From Octopus sinensis (taxonomy: Eukaryota), in NCBI RefSeq assembly GCF_006345805.1, contig NW_021833045.1:1-64000 (forward strand): a stretch of 64,000 nucleotides of DNA, written 5' to 3'. The translations under genes and the position numbers were made by a program. Positions 1 through 15,309 of the stretch are shown piece after piece; position 1 is the first letter of the stretch; each line of letters opens with the position of its first letter. The notes under the pieces were generated by a model. That model saw only the letters and a program-made list of their open reading frames with translations, searched no databases and had not been told where the DNA came from.

Positions 1-180
1 AAATAAACACAGACATTTCTAATAAAATATTCCAATTTCAAATGTGAATTTACGTATTTATTTATTCTATTAATATCTATTTATTATTCAATTATTTTGA
101 TTTTCTTGCAAGTCTTTTTTGTCTGAAACTGAAAAATATATTTGATATCATATTGTAACTGCACAACATATTTCATTAAG

Positions 181-660
<480 letters not shown>

Positions 661-2790
661 TCATCGCTCATAGGTGTGCTCAATCTGAGGTTAGACAGCA
701 AAAAAAAACAACTAGAGATGTCCAGATTTAAAATGGCTTCTTCTTTCTGCGACGTCAGAAAATAAATCATTATGGAATCAAATATGGCGCACACCGTGTC
801 GTCTTTCACAAGAAAAAAATACGAAACATCGTTTACTCGGTACCATTTTGTAGATTTTGATTTTGATTTAAGTTGTGTTTATTTTATATTTTTGTTTTAG
901 ATAATTTAATTATTATTCTTGTGTTTGTTTGTCTTTGATTCGTTTCTTTTTCTGCTTTTTTTTCGTTTGTTTGTTTGTTTGCTTTCTTTTATTTTTCAAT
1001 GCGACTTAATAAAAGGATATTTATTCTTTTGTGAAAAGCATCAAGTACACAATCAGCTGTTAATATCAAACTTCAAGTCAACCACGAACCTTTTACGTGC
1101 GAGATCGTCTTGCTCAGATGGACACATGCGTGCATGGGTGTTCATATGTATGTGTATATGTGCGTTGCCTCTCTATCTCTCTCGCTCTCTGTGTCTCTCC
1201 CTCTCTCTCCCTCTCTTTGTGTCTCTCTTTCCCTTGCGATGATTTTCCACGGATATGCAGGAACGTGATAGCAATCTTTGTTCTTGGACGCGACGTGTAT
1301 CACCGAAAACCGGAAGTCGTTAAACAAATATCTTGGTATTACAATGACTCTTCGTAGCAGTGGTAGTGTCTGAAGAATTCATTGATGCCAGGTTTAACAC
1401 CTTTAATGGATAATAATCGTTGCTATTTAATAAACTTTAGAAGGAAAAAATGCATAAAGTTATAGCAGTTACAGAAAATAAGTTTAACACGAGCAAACGC
1501 ATAAGCTTCTACCTGGTCGTTCAGTCTGCTAGAAATAACTGCTACAATCTGCATTCAGCCTTTGAAAATGAAGAGCACATTATACATTTTATAATGTAGT
1601 CGGAGGTGATGTAGTCTTGATTAGAAGATTATTTATATTATGGCTTTAATTACATTCATCATCAGTCTGCCTTATCAGGTTTGATATAGGCTTTCACAAC
1701 AACAATTATTTAAACAACACCAACAGCAAGTTAAAAGCACGCATACACATGCACTACATACAGTGCACATACAATCATACACACACACACATGGCTGCTC
1801 CTGTTGAGTTTATAGGGTATATGCAAATGTGGCACAGTAGTAAAGAGAGTTATGAGTTAGAACCACAGGGCTTCGCTCAGAAAAGTGATGGACCACCTGA
1901 CACTGAGTTTCGGCATGATTTAATCTCCTCAGTAACGGAAATACCGATCGTTCTGAGCTTCTGAGCTGTTACGATACAGAAATTAGTAAACAAAACATTT
2001 ACTGATTTGTTCAAAAGTTAGTCTAGAATTAAATGAATATACACACTTAAAAGATCTTTGATTTGTCTCTTAAAAATACGTTTTAAAGGGATTTGCATTA
2101 TATTTGAATTCTTACAAATTCCTCCATGTTACAGTACATTTTACTTCACAAGAAGATTACAGACAGGATAAACATTTAGGATTTTATTTATTTAAACCAT
2201 CTCCGCTTTTGATATCGTCAGATATTTGGTGCTACAAAGGTATTTTGTTTCAATAAAAAATGTTCAAATGATAAGACTAGACGAAATAGAATTTTGTTTT
2301 ACATATAAAAGATGTATTCTCTACCTATTTGTAGAATATTTTTCCAGAACTTTGCCCTTTGTAAGGTAGAAAGGAATAATCAATAAATAATTTAATTAAA
2401 TAAGAAAATACAATCAATGCCGACAATTTTGAGTGGGCGGCTTTAATTGATTATGTTGACCTCAGTACTAGACAACTAATTTGTTTTCAGCGACCCCGTG
2501 GAATGAAAATAAATGTTAACCGTAGCAGTATTTGAACTCACAATGTAAAGAATTAAAAAAGATGCCATAAAGAATTTGTATTTTCTTAAGCTCTAATGAT
2601 TCTGTCAATCCACATTTCTTAAGGAAGTAACTTCATGAAAAAATCAACATTTACATATCCGAGTGCCACGCTAAATATTAGTGAATTACAGTGGTTTGAA
2701 GAAGACAAACAGAGACATAGAGATAGCTAGATAGCTAGCTAGCTAGCTAGCTAGCTAGATGATAGATAGATAGATAGATAGATAGATAGC

Positions 2791-2866
<76 letters not shown>

Positions 2867-2880
2867 CAGAATATATAGAC

Positions 2881-2985
<105 letters not shown>

Positions 2986-4006
2986 TGTTTCTTTATTAGC
3001 CACACAGGACTGCACACAGACGGGACAGATTACAAAGTAGAGCTTTTCTTTTTAGGAAATAAAAAAAGTGGGGGAGGTTTTTCGATCAAAAGGGATGATC
3101 GTAAAAGGGAAATAAAAAAAACGATCAATAGGGATTGTGTATCACAGACGTGTAATGATGTAAAGTGTAAAGGGGGAAGCAGATAAGGTTTATCCGTAGA
3201 AAGAAAGCCTACGGAAAAGACCACGGTAACCTCGGTCAATAATTCACATGTTAACACATTTGTTTGCAAGTATGTAACCCTCTCTTTGAAATGTTTCCGG
3301 GTTGATAGGATTATGCTCAAGGTGGCTTCGTCATTCATACGTGCCATCCTTGCTACATTCACCCATCTCTTTTTTGAAACATTCGCTAGACAAAACTTGC
3401 CTCTCTACTCTCACTTTCCTTTTCAAGTGATACTTGAAAAAGTTGATGAGAGATTGACCAGAGAGGAAAGTGTTTGTCTCCAATCCTTTCAGACCCGTCC
3501 ACCAGATACATTCTTTCGCCATAGCCACATGTATGATGAAAATAGCTCTTCCCGTTTCAAGAAAGGACTCTTGACAATATTGACGATAGACTCGACTGAT
3601 AAACCGACTCGTCACACGTGACAGCAGTCGTTCAACATAAGCCTATAGGTTGGAAACGGTTGGACACTGCACGAGTGCGTGCAGAATGGTTTCGTCGCTC
3701 TGACCGCATGCCGGGCAGGCCGGCCCCGTGTTTCTCGAGCCGTGTCTGTAGAGCTTATCCCGAACGGGTAGCGCTTCTCGGTAGCACTGCCAGGCCAGAG
3801 ATCTCTGGAAGTTGTCTATGGGTCCTGGCCCAAAAGTCGTCCTGGAGAAGCGGGTCAGGTATTCCTCGTCGACGTCCAGGTTCGCCCCGAGCTCGTCGTC
3901 GTACCTCCCCTCCACAAATCCCTATAGAATGCTTTGGTTGTGTTGAAGTCACTCAAGGTCGACCCGGGACGGCATAGTTGCTTGAGAGTAACGCGACACT
4001 CGCGAC
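2986..4006 (-). mobile_element. 5'-truncated L1/Tx1-like non-LTR retrotransposon (ORF2 C-terminus + 3' UTR), decayed
   Basis: Minus-strand frames give ...LAWQCYREALPVRDKLYRHGSRNTGPACPACGQSDETILHALVQC...AKECIWWTGLKG..., a zf-RVT-like CxxC...HxxxxC motif typical of L1/Tx1 ORF2 ends, with stops/frameshifts. The 3' UTR ends AATAAAGAAACA followed by (TATC)n. A second 3' UTR copy lies at 54161-54516. Clade call is inference. Confidence 0.85.
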
Positions 4007-6704
4007 ATAGATAAATAAATAGGGAGAGAGAGAAGAGAGGGAGAGAGAGAGAGAGAGAGAGAGAGAAAGGGGAGATTAGTTGTCCTTTTCTATCCGCTTA
4101 TTCTTCAACTATTTCTTCATTTTCTCCTTGCTCATCAACAGCGGCTCTTTCTTCTTCTTCGCCTCCTTCTTCCCCGTCATCTTCTTTTCTTCTTCCCCAT
4201 CTTTTTCTGCATCATTTCTTCCTCTTCATCTTCTTTTCACTTTTCACGTTCTTCTTCATCTTCTTCTTTTTCTTCTTCTTCTTCTTCTTCTTCTTCTTCT
4301 TCTTCTTCTTCTTCTTCTTCTTCTTCTTCTTCTTCTCCTTCTTCTTCTTTTGTTTCTTCTTGCTACAACTGCTGTTTAACCCCAGCTTCAACCTGATCAA
4401 GCAAACCTATATATCAAAGACGCTCGGTCTATCTAAGAATATTTTATTTATATCTCGTATTATTTGAAAGAATACCGAATTATGTAAATGATGTTGTTGC
4501 CGATTTGCTATTGCTTCTAACAAGTCAACCGACTCCTTAGAAATTCAAGACAACTGTTTGGTGTTCTTCTGGTTTTTATGGCTATTATACTAGTTTTGAG
4601 ATAATATCGATGTTGTTTTTATGGCCATTGAGGTCACTGAGATGAGATATGAGGTATAGTTGTTGTTATTCAATCCTATACTTGTTTTGACCCAACACAC
4701 CTGATAGAATCACCAAAAATCTTCCATATGAATCGGCTGTTTTATATTTTCGTTTCATTTTTTTTTTTTTTCAAATAGCGTGTCTAGGACTTCATTACTC
4801 AATGTATCAATCCGTTTTTTAAACAGTAAGGTGTGTGCGATCAAAAATAATATTTTGGCTGTTATATATACCAAATAGAGCGATCATTTTGAGGCTCCAT
4901 TCATTAGCTCTCACTTTGAGTATTGGGGATGTTGCCCCTTGATAAAGGCTAACCTGAAATCTTTCGAGGAACAAAATGGAATCCTGTTCACCTGGACAAA
5001 TCATAAATCTCAAAAGAAAAAAAAGTAAAGAAAAAAGCCATAAACTCATACAAACCAAGGAAAGAATCGTGAGAGCATCGGACAAAATGCTGAGCGGCAT
5101 TTCTTCCGATTCTTTACGTTCTGAGTTCAAATAACACCGGGGTCGGCTTTACCCTTATCTTTCATACTTTTGGGGTCCATAAAATGAGTACCAGTCATAT
5201 ACTGGAAGATTGGTTTAATCGATTTTCTTCTTCCCTTCAAAATTACTAACCTTTTTATCAAAACCTAAAACAATTATGGCGGGGAGCTGGTAAAATCGGT
5301 GGAGTGTTGCAGAAAATGGTTTGCGGTATTTCTTACGAATTTTTACGTTCTGAGTTCAAGCTCTACCGATGTTGACTTTGCTTTTCATTTTCTTTCTTCG
5401 GGTTCGATAAAATAAGCACTAGGGTCCCTGTAATCGACTTTCTGTCTTCCCCTAAAATATTGCAAGACTGATAACCAAAATTTGAAACCATCATTTTTCG
5501 GTGATTTTTGCAGTTTAGTACTGATTTTTTTTTAATCTGAGGGAGAGCGGAGGGGGTTATTCAAAAATGAAGAATGAAAATCTAGCTTAAATGAAATTGG
5601 AACTGTTTAAAGACTGCAAGCGAAATATTTCGCCTGCAACAAAGACAAGCGATTAGATTTGTTTGCGGCTATATTGAGAAGGTATTTGACGGCTTCATTT
5701 GGTCGAATGTTAAGAATTCTTCTTTTGATCAGTGTATTGTTAGCAACACATAAAAAAAAAAAACAGACACGGTCTCAAGCTGGAGGAGAAGAAAACGAAG
5801 AAGAAGAAAAGAAGAAGAAGAAGAAGAAGAAGAAGAAGAAGAAGAAGAGAAGAAGAAGAAGAAGAAGAAGAAGAAGAAGAACACCAACAACAACAACAAT
5901 AACAACAACAATCATAAAAATTATAAAGAAAAATCACAGAAAATAGCATTATTTTTCTTCTTTTCGTATTTTCAGTGATCTTTGTTGGGTTTTTTTTCGT
6001 TCTTTTTTTGAGAATTAAAATATTCTTTTTTTTTTAGTTCTTTGAATTCACTTTATATGATTTTTCTCTATTATTTTATTTCATTTTAAAATTACTTTGT
6101 TAAATTTTTTCTTTCTGTTTTTTTTTTTTGTGTGTGTAAAATTTTGTACCATAATGGCCGCAATTTCTGTTGATTTTTTGTACATTGCTTTTTTTTTTAT
6201 TTTCCTTCTTCTCTTTTTTTCTTTTCGTTTTCTTTGCGTCTCGATTTTACTTCAAATGGGTTGAGGCATTCTTTTAATGGTTTCTCTCCTCTTCAACACT
6301 GTTAGTTTGCTTTGTTTTTGCTTTATTTCTTTAGATTTATTTTTATTTAATTTTTTATTTAAACTTGCTATTTTTAATTGTTTTTCTTTCCAATGTCAAT
6401 TTATTTATTCCTGTTCGTTTTTTGGGGGGTCTTTTATATCATTTCTTTTAGTTGTTTTTGTATTCTTATTAGTCTTTGAGTTTCCATTTATTTATTTTCA
6501 AAAGTTTAGTAGAAATAGTGTAAAGAGAGTCTAAAACAACATCGAAAAATGAAGAATAAACTTTGTTTTCCTGTTGATTCTTTTCTTATTTCAATTCTTA
6601 CACGGTTCTTCACTGCTGTTTTTTAAACAAAGTTCGTTCTGTCCAGTACCATTTCTCATTCTATTTATTTAATATTTCTTTCTACTACTACACACACACA
6701 CACA

Positions 6705-6743
<39 letters not shown>

Positions 6744-6866
6744 CATACACACACACAAACACAAAACAACACCTATAGGTTTTACTTCTTTTGTAATTTG
6801 CCTTCGCAGTTCCTCGACATCTGTTGCACCTGTAGTAATAAAAGAGATGATAAGATTTTTTCCTAG

Positions 6867-6905
<39 letters not shown>

Positions 6906-7092
6906 CGTGTGTGCGTGTGTGTATGTTTTAATATATTATATTCTATATATATATATATATATCTATATATATATATATATATATATCCATATATATATAT
7001 TCATATATATACAATATATATACACATATATAACATATATAAGTACTCAAAACCATCTATACAAAAAACACACATATGTGATAGATACATAA

Positions 7093-7151
<59 letters not shown>

Positions 7152-7879
7152 TATAGATAGATAGATAGATAGATAGACTGTATATTGTCTATTGCCCGTT
7201 CCTCGATTATTGAATATACGTACCCCCTACATCTTTTGTAGTTTTGCATAAAATATTTTCTAAGTTATATTTCTTAACCAATCATAAAGTCAACACCACC
7301 CTCTTCCTCCTCACTTCTTCCTCCTCCTCCTCGTCATCATCATCATTATTATCATCATTATCATCATCATCGTTATTGTCGGCGTCGTTGGCTGATGGCA
7401 CTGACAAAGCCATATCTCACCTAACTAAAATATCTTTACAGAGTTCCGACATCAAATGTCATTCAGGTTTAACATTGTCTCCTGCCATTTTCGGAAATCG
7501 TTAACATTCGGACCAAATAGTTCCCGGGATTGATTCCATCAGTCTCCAGAATAATTGGTCCCGCCTTCTAGAATATTAAGTTCCACAATAGTTCAATAGA
7601 AGCGGAACAAGAAACTGTCGATAAAATCGACCATCTTTAAGCTCTTAGAAATTTCTTTTTTTCAGAAATCAATAAACCTGCTCTGCTTCTCGCCTCCTCA
7701 GAGTCGATAAATAGAAGTACCAGACAAATACGTTGTTCTGCATTCTGACAACTACGTAATGGTTATTTGGTTGTAGAATTAAAGAGTTCGCTTCGCAAAC
7801 ACATCATTGCCAATATTCTTCGGTATGTGTCTTCTATGAAATGTGTCTTCTATGAAATGTCTCTTCTATGAAATGAGTG

Positions 7880-7938
<59 letters not shown>

Positions 7939-8234
7939 TGTTTGTGTGCGTGCGTTTTTGTGTTCCATGGTTGTGTATGTATTCAGTCTTTCTATTTTCT
8001 ACTGATTCCAAGTCACAGCGCTGCAGCCATGTTGTTTTTAGTCGATCCTCTCCACCACAGCATATTGTTTTAAGCCTGGGATTTACTCTATCGAAGCTGC
8101 TCTTTTTTGCAGATCCGCCAGTTTCGCAGTTTTTCAAGGACATACGCAAAGCAACAGTATTGTCAAACGGTGAGAGACAATCACACAGACGTGCGCGCAC
8201 ACATTTACATACACACGCACGCAAACAAACATAC

Positions 8235-8430
8235 GGATGCGAATCTTTGGCGATTTTCTTTCTCCGTCTTCCCTTCTTTGGACTTTTTCTATATCTCTGA
8301 TGAAGAGCTCCGCTCGAAACGTGAAATCCTCTTTCTTTCCTTTCCTTTCCTGAGCGTCCAATAACATTGTACTTATTCCACATCCTCTCGCTGTTGTTTT
8401 TTCTTGCTTGTTCATGTTTGGATTTACTAT
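8235..8430 (+). mobile_element. Short dispersed repeat carrying a minimal hammerhead ribozyme motif (copy 1)
   Basis: CTGATGA-A-GAGC-TCC-GCTC-GAAAC-GTG at 8297-8323; flanks colinear with 35485-35690. Confidence 0.65.
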
Positions 8431-8433
8431 GTG

Positions 8434-8466
<33 letters not shown>

Positions 8467-10159
8467 ACATATATATACATGCATGTATATATATACATAT
8501 ATATGTATGTATATATATATATATATGTACATACATATACATATATATGTGTGTGGATTGTGTGTATATACATATATATATGTATATATACATATATGTA
8601 TGTATATATCGATAGATACTTAGATACGTGTGACTATATATGTATATGCATATGTGTGTGTATACACATACATACATGCATACATAAAGCATACTTACAT
8701 GCATGCATACATACATACATACATACATACATACATACATACACATGCATAAATGCATACATACATTCATACATACACACATACATACATACATACTTAT
8801 ACTACGGACTTCTGCACAGTTTCCAACGGACAAATTCACTAGAAAGGCATCCGCCAGACTAGGATAACATCAAAGGAACCTTGCCCAAGTTTTCATGGGA
8901 CCGGACTGAACCAAAAATCCCGTGCTGGAGAGTGAACGTCTTAACTATACATCCATACCGGTTTCTTAAATACAGCTCATGTGTTTCTGCGTATATATGA
9001 GTGTAAGTGTGTATGCGTGTGTGTATTTAATTTTCGCTGAATTGCCGATATAGTTGGCGAAGCATTATGAAGAAGAAAATTATCAGAAAAAGGAGAAAGT
9101 AGGAGATCTCCTTCATAATATAATATACAGTAAATTTTGGTCATAATCTATAGAAAAACATCGCTAAGCCATTGCTTGAAAATGACATCTATCGTCAAAG
9201 GGACAAACCTCAGATTTTACAATTGTGTGGCTGATCTCTCAGAGAATATATTCCCAGTTGATATTGGCAGATGGCTGCTAACCATGTTGCTGTAGTGTAA
9301 CTGAGTGACCTACGTAACTGCTAGGTACACGGTTACTAATAACACACAATGGTCAAGCGTGCCTTAATATTTACGATAACGTTAGCAACCATAAAGTTTC
9401 GCTTATCTTGCACCAATTAAATATGTGTGTGTATGAATGTATGTATATGTATATACATATGCATATGTATATATATATAGAGAGAGAGAGAGATAGATAG
9501 ATAGATAAATAGATAGATATAGATATATATATACTTTGATACTTTGATAGGTTTCGGCCATTATTGGCCCAGGCCATGTCTAACTTAATAGCACATATAT
9601 AAATATATAATATATATAATATATATTATATTGATAATATATATTATATATTATATATATATAATATATATATATATAATATATAATATATGGTGGAAGC
9701 ACTCCGTCGGTTACGACGACGAGGGTTCCGGTTGATCCGAATCAACGGAACAGCCTGCTCGTGAAATTAACGTGTATGTGGCTGAGCACTCCACAGACAC
9801 GTGTACCCTTAACGTAGTTCTCGGGGATATTCAGCGTGGCACAGAGAATATATATATATATACACACACACACACATGGTGGTTGTCTACCCTTTATGGA
9901 GAGTTTGACCACCTCCTCCTGTACCTACACCTTAACGCCATCATAATATCTGATGTGGCTTTTTTTAAAATCAAACAATGTTTTGAAAATACACCCACAT
10001 AGATTGCATCTTCGATTTGGACTTCCAAGAGCTGCAGATAAGTTCTGCTCGTTGTGGATCTTAAAATGTCAATTAAGTACCAGCTACGTACTGGTGTCGC
10101 TGTAATTGACTCGTCCCCCCCAAAAAAAAACTGCAGGCCTAGTGCCCTTAGTAAAAAAG

Positions 10160-10176
10160 GATTATTATTATTATTA

Positions 10177-10229
<53 letters not shown>

Positions 10230-10279
10230 TTTATTATTATTATTACTATTGCTATTATTATTATTACTATTGCTATTGC

Positions 10280-10315
<36 letters not shown>

Positions 10316-10325
10316 TATTATATAC

Positions 10326-10381
<56 letters not shown>

Positions 10382-11433
10382 GGATGGATGGGTGGATGGA
10401 TGGATGGATGGATGGATGGATGGATGGATGGATGGATGGATAAATAGATTTCACAGTAACTCATTCGTATGTGCTGTATTTTAAGACTTATTTTCTTAAA
10501 TCGTTAAATGCTTTGGCATTTCATTGTCAGTCATTGTACTGTTGTACTACCCTTTCTAAATTTCAGTGGTCACTTCGTTGCTAGTAAACTCATTGACATC
10601 ATCAGCATCAGAAGCGGCCACAAAGATAGCTGACTCGTTATATTCAGTGCCATTTTTGAAAGAAGAAGAAGAAGGAGGAGAAGAAGAAGAAGAAGAAGAA
10701 GAGAAGAAGAAGAAGAAGAAGAAGAAGAAGAAGAAGAAGAAGAAGAAGAAGAAGAAGAAGAAGAAGAAGAAGAAGAAGAAGAAGAAGAAGAAGAAGAAGA
10801 AGAAGAAGAAGACCAACAACATCATCATAATCATCATCGTCGTCACCACTGCTGTCATTATCGTTATCAACATCAACATTAGTGCCATCACAATCACCAC
10901 TTTCATCACCACCACCAGCACCATTAATGCCATCATCATCATCATCATCACCACCACCAATATCTCCATTGCCACCATCATCATCATCGTTATAACCAAT
11001 CTCATCATTTCCTTCGTTTCCGTTGTTTAATTTATTTCTTTGAGCTAATTCTCTCTCTGTCTTTCCTCTTCTCTCTCTCTCTCCTTCCCACTCACTCCCC
11101 ATCTCTCTCTCCTCCTCACTTACTCACCTCTCTCTCTCTCTCTCTCTCTCTCTCATTCGGCTGCAGTTGTTGCTGTTGGCGTTTTTTGCAGTCGCCACTG
11201 TTGTTGTCGATGTTGTTGTTGCTTCTCCTGCAGTTCTTGTGATTCTTACTATTCTTATGGTTGTAATTGTTGTTGTTGTTGTTGTTGCTGTTGTTATTAT
11301 TATTATCACTGATGTCGTTGCTCTTGTCTTTGCTGCTGCTGCTGCTGACTTTGCTCTTGTTGCTGTTATTATTTTTGTTGTTACTGTCACTGTCGTTTTC
11401 GATTTTTTTGTTGTAGTTGTCGCTATTATTAAT

Positions 11434-11498
<65 letters not shown>

Positions 11499-11706
11499 TA
11501 CTGCTATTGCTATTATTATTATTATTATTATTATATTATTATTACTATTATTATTATTATTATTATTACTATTGCTATTATTATTATTACTATTGCTATT
11601 GCTATTATTATTATTATTATTATTATTATCTTATCATTATTATTATTGTTGTTATATTATTCTTATTATTATTATTATTATTTTAGTATCATCATTATTA
11701 TTATTA

Positions 11707-11746
<40 letters not shown>

Positions 11747-12647
11747 CTATTGCTATTATCATTATATTACTATGCTATTGCTATATTATTATTATTTATT
11801 ATTTTTAATTATTATTATTATTTTATTATTATTATTATTTTATTATTATTATTATTATTATTATATTATTATTACTATTACTATTATTATTATTACTATT
11901 GCTATTATTATTTTATTATTATTATTATTATTACATTATTATATACTATTATTATTATTATTATTACTATTACTATTATTGTTATTGTTATTATTAGATT
12001 ATTATTATTATTATGATCATTATTATTACTATTATTATTATTATTATTATTGCTATTGCTATTGCTATTGTTATTATTATTATTATTATTATTACTATTA
12101 TTATTATTATTATCATCATCATCATCACGACCATTATATATATTGTTGTTGCTGTTACAGTTGCTGTTGCAGCGTCATCGCTCGTACTGCTGCCGTTTGT
12201 TAGTATGTTATTCATCATCATCGTTGTCGTCGTCGTTGCCGTTGTTCATCTGTTGAGCTATTTGATTTCGAAGCAGCAACACTCACTGATGATAATTGTT
12301 TCGTATCGACACCAGCCACACATATGGCTCAAAGATCAAACAAACAAAACTAAAACGATTCCCTTCAGTAAATATCTCCATAAACAAGACACTATTTATT
12401 CTCCATATTTCCCTTTGAATTACATATTTTATAGCTTTACTTCCATTTTCTTATCCTCTCTTTTTTTTTTCATATATAATTTTTGCCGTTTTTATCATCT
12501 TTTATTTTTCTATTGCCAATGAGATTCTTTTTGTTCTTTTCTTTTCCTGTCTTGTCTTGCCAATATTTGGCTTTTTGTTTGTCCTTTGTTTTTGTCTTTT
12601 AATGGTTTTGTTTTGTTGGTATTATTATTATTTTATCATTATTATTA

Positions 12648-12739
<92 letters not shown>

Positions 12740-13140
12740 GTTGTTGTTGTTGTTAGCAATATTATTATTAGTAGTAGTATCATTGCTATTATTGACATTA
12801 TAATTACTATCATCATCATCACCATCATCATTAGTATTGTTGTTGTTGTTGTTGTTGTTGTTGCTGTTGTTATATTTATTGCTATTAATATTATTATCAT
12901 TAATATACTGTTTAACAGTTTGCTTTATTTTATTCATTGTGTTATATTGTATATACACTTTTTATTATTCCTCGTTTTGGTTCAAGATGTATTGAATTCC
13001 TACTACTATCATTATTATTATCATTGTTATTAGTATTATTATTATTATTATTATATTATTATTATATTATTATTATTATTGCTGTATTATTACTGATATT
13101 ATCGTCATTATCATCAATATTATTATCATTATTGTTGCTG
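10160..13140. repeat. Extended SSR field: (ATT)n, (GATA)n, (GATG)n, (GAA)n and about 1.7 kb of degenerate (TTA)n, with short unique islands
   Basis: Direct inspection. Confidence 0.9.
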
Positions 13141-13662
13141 GTTTTGTAGTTCTTGTTATCATCAAATCATCATCATCATGATCACCATCATTATCATCAT
13201 CATCATCATCTCATCATTCATTATTATTATTATTATAAATATTAATATTATGGTGGTGTTGGTAATTTCAGTATCTCTATGACTGCGCATGCATGTGAGT
13301 ATGTATGTATGGGTGAATGGGTGTTTTGTTTTAAAGGACAAATATTGTAAATAAGTTAATGTTATAATCATCATCATCATCATCATAATCATCGTCGTCG
13401 TCATTATCACCATCGTTTTTTTCCAGCTATTTGACTTCATCAGTAATGTCTGTACTTCAAACAAACAACTGTCTTTGCAGTCTGCAATGTGACATTGGCA
13501 GATGATGTTCAAGTTAACCTAGTTCAGTTATTTGGGAGTGATGGTCATGGATGGTGAGGTGAACGCTGAGGATATAGAACTGGTGTAGAAATGCAAAAGT
13601 GAAGGGATGTGTATTTTGAACATAATGATGATGATGACGACGACGACGAAGAAAAGAAGATA

Positions 13663-13707
<45 letters not shown>

Positions 13708-14048
13708 TGATGATAATGATGATGGTGATAATGGTGATGATGATGGTGATGATGATGTGCATGCGTTGGTGGTGGTAATGATGGTGGCAGCGTTGTATTA
13801 GATGCACAGGAGTTTGTATTTATGGTGTTGTAGGTGGTGGTGATGGTGATGGTGGTAGTGGTGGTGGTGGTGGTGGTGGTGAAGCGGGAGACGATAAAGA
13901 ATAAAACGAAGATAAAGAAAAAAGAAAAGAGGACGATGAGGAGAAAGAGGAAGTGGAAGAGGAGGAGGGGGAAAAGAATAAAAGCTAAGAAGAAATTAGA
14001 AGAAAGGAAAGGTAGTTGTACAAATAAGTAGTAGTAGTAGTAGTAGTA

Positions 14049-14116
<68 letters not shown>

Positions 14117-14842
14117 AGAGGAGGAGCAGGAGGAGGAAGAGGAGGCGGATCTAAAGAGGAAGGTAAAGACGAAGGTGTAGGCAATGTTATCTTAAAACGT
14201 CAGAATGTCTTCTTTCTTTCCTTTTTTCCTTCTTTCCTTTTTTCCTTCCTTCTCGCAAGCTTAGTTTACAAGGTGACGTCACAGAAGAAGTAATAACCTG
14301 CTGCTCTAAAAACTGTGCTAGTTTGACATTTTCACAATCAGATTTTCCAGAAAAATTTGAAATAATACGATCAAGTCCCAGAATTTATTGATTCGGTAGA
14401 GGAGAAGGAGTATAATTGATCACTTCGATCCCCTTAGTACTCCACTGGAGTTTATTGCAAGGACAACAGAAAGATAAGACATAATGTTTACCTAGGTAAG
14501 GATTGAACTCGCAACATGAAGGGAGGAACACGTGAGGTGGAACAGCTATGGCTGTATAGGTAAGAACTTTGCAACCAAGAAGTTCGGGTTTGTTCCATTT
14601 CACTGCAGTGGTACAACAGAGCAAGGATCTGCTGCCATAGACCTGCTGCTGAGTTAACCAATATTTTTGGAGGAGAAGAATGTGGTTAATGGAAACTGTG
14701 TGGAATCCCAACTATGGAGGATTTGTGAGTTGATGTGAATATTGTGCATCTATATATATTCTATCTCTCGCACACTTACTTTCCCTCTCTCTCTCTCTCA
14801 CACATTCTGTTTGTCCCTCTCTATCTCTATATGCATATATAC

Positions 14843-15244
14843 TCTCTCTTTTACTTGTTTCAGTCATTTGACTGTGGCCATGCTGGAGCACCGCCTTTAG
14901 TCGAGCAGATCGACCCCAGGACTTATTCTTTGTAAGCCTAGCACTTATTCTATCGGTCTCTTTTGCCGAACCGCTAATTTACGGGAACGTAAGCACATCA
15001 GCATCGGTTGTCAAGCGATGTTGGGTGGACAAACACAGACACACAAACATATACACACACATACATATATATACATATATACGACGGGCTTCTATCAGTT
15101 TCCGTCTACCAAATCCACTCACAAGGCTTTGGTCGGCCCGAGGCTATAGTAGAAGACACTTGCCCAAAGTGCCGCGCAGTAGGACTGAACCCGGAACCAT
15201 GTGGTTCGTAAGCAAGCTACTTACTACACAGCCACTCCTACGCC
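14843..15244 (-). mobile_element. tRNA-derived SINE, family A (~400 bp), full length
   Basis: Head GGCGTAGGAGTGGCTGTGT(A/G)GTAAG (A-box-like) ... GGTTCCGGGTTCAGTCC (B-box-like); tail ...CAGTCAAATGACTGAAACAAGTAAAAG. Near-identical to 35754-36153 and 61296-61690. Confidence 0.9.
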
Positions 15245-15309
15245 TATATATATATATATATATTTACAAGATGATCCGCTATCATGAGCTCACATAAGTT
15301 TATAAATGC

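Noticed and set aside
10566-10660. Possible terminal exon after TTTCAG (GHFVASKLIDIISIRSGHKDS*)
   Set aside because: No supporting homology or upstream exon.
13480-13560. Possible plus-strand exon (VCNVTLADDVQVNLVQLFGSDGHG) between TTTGCAG and GTGAGG
   Set aside because: Short, no recognisable homology, no partner exons; compatible with chance.
14843-15244. tRNA genes at SINE heads
   Set aside because: Only A/B-box-like remnants are present, with no complete cloverleaf, and they are joined to SINE bodies.
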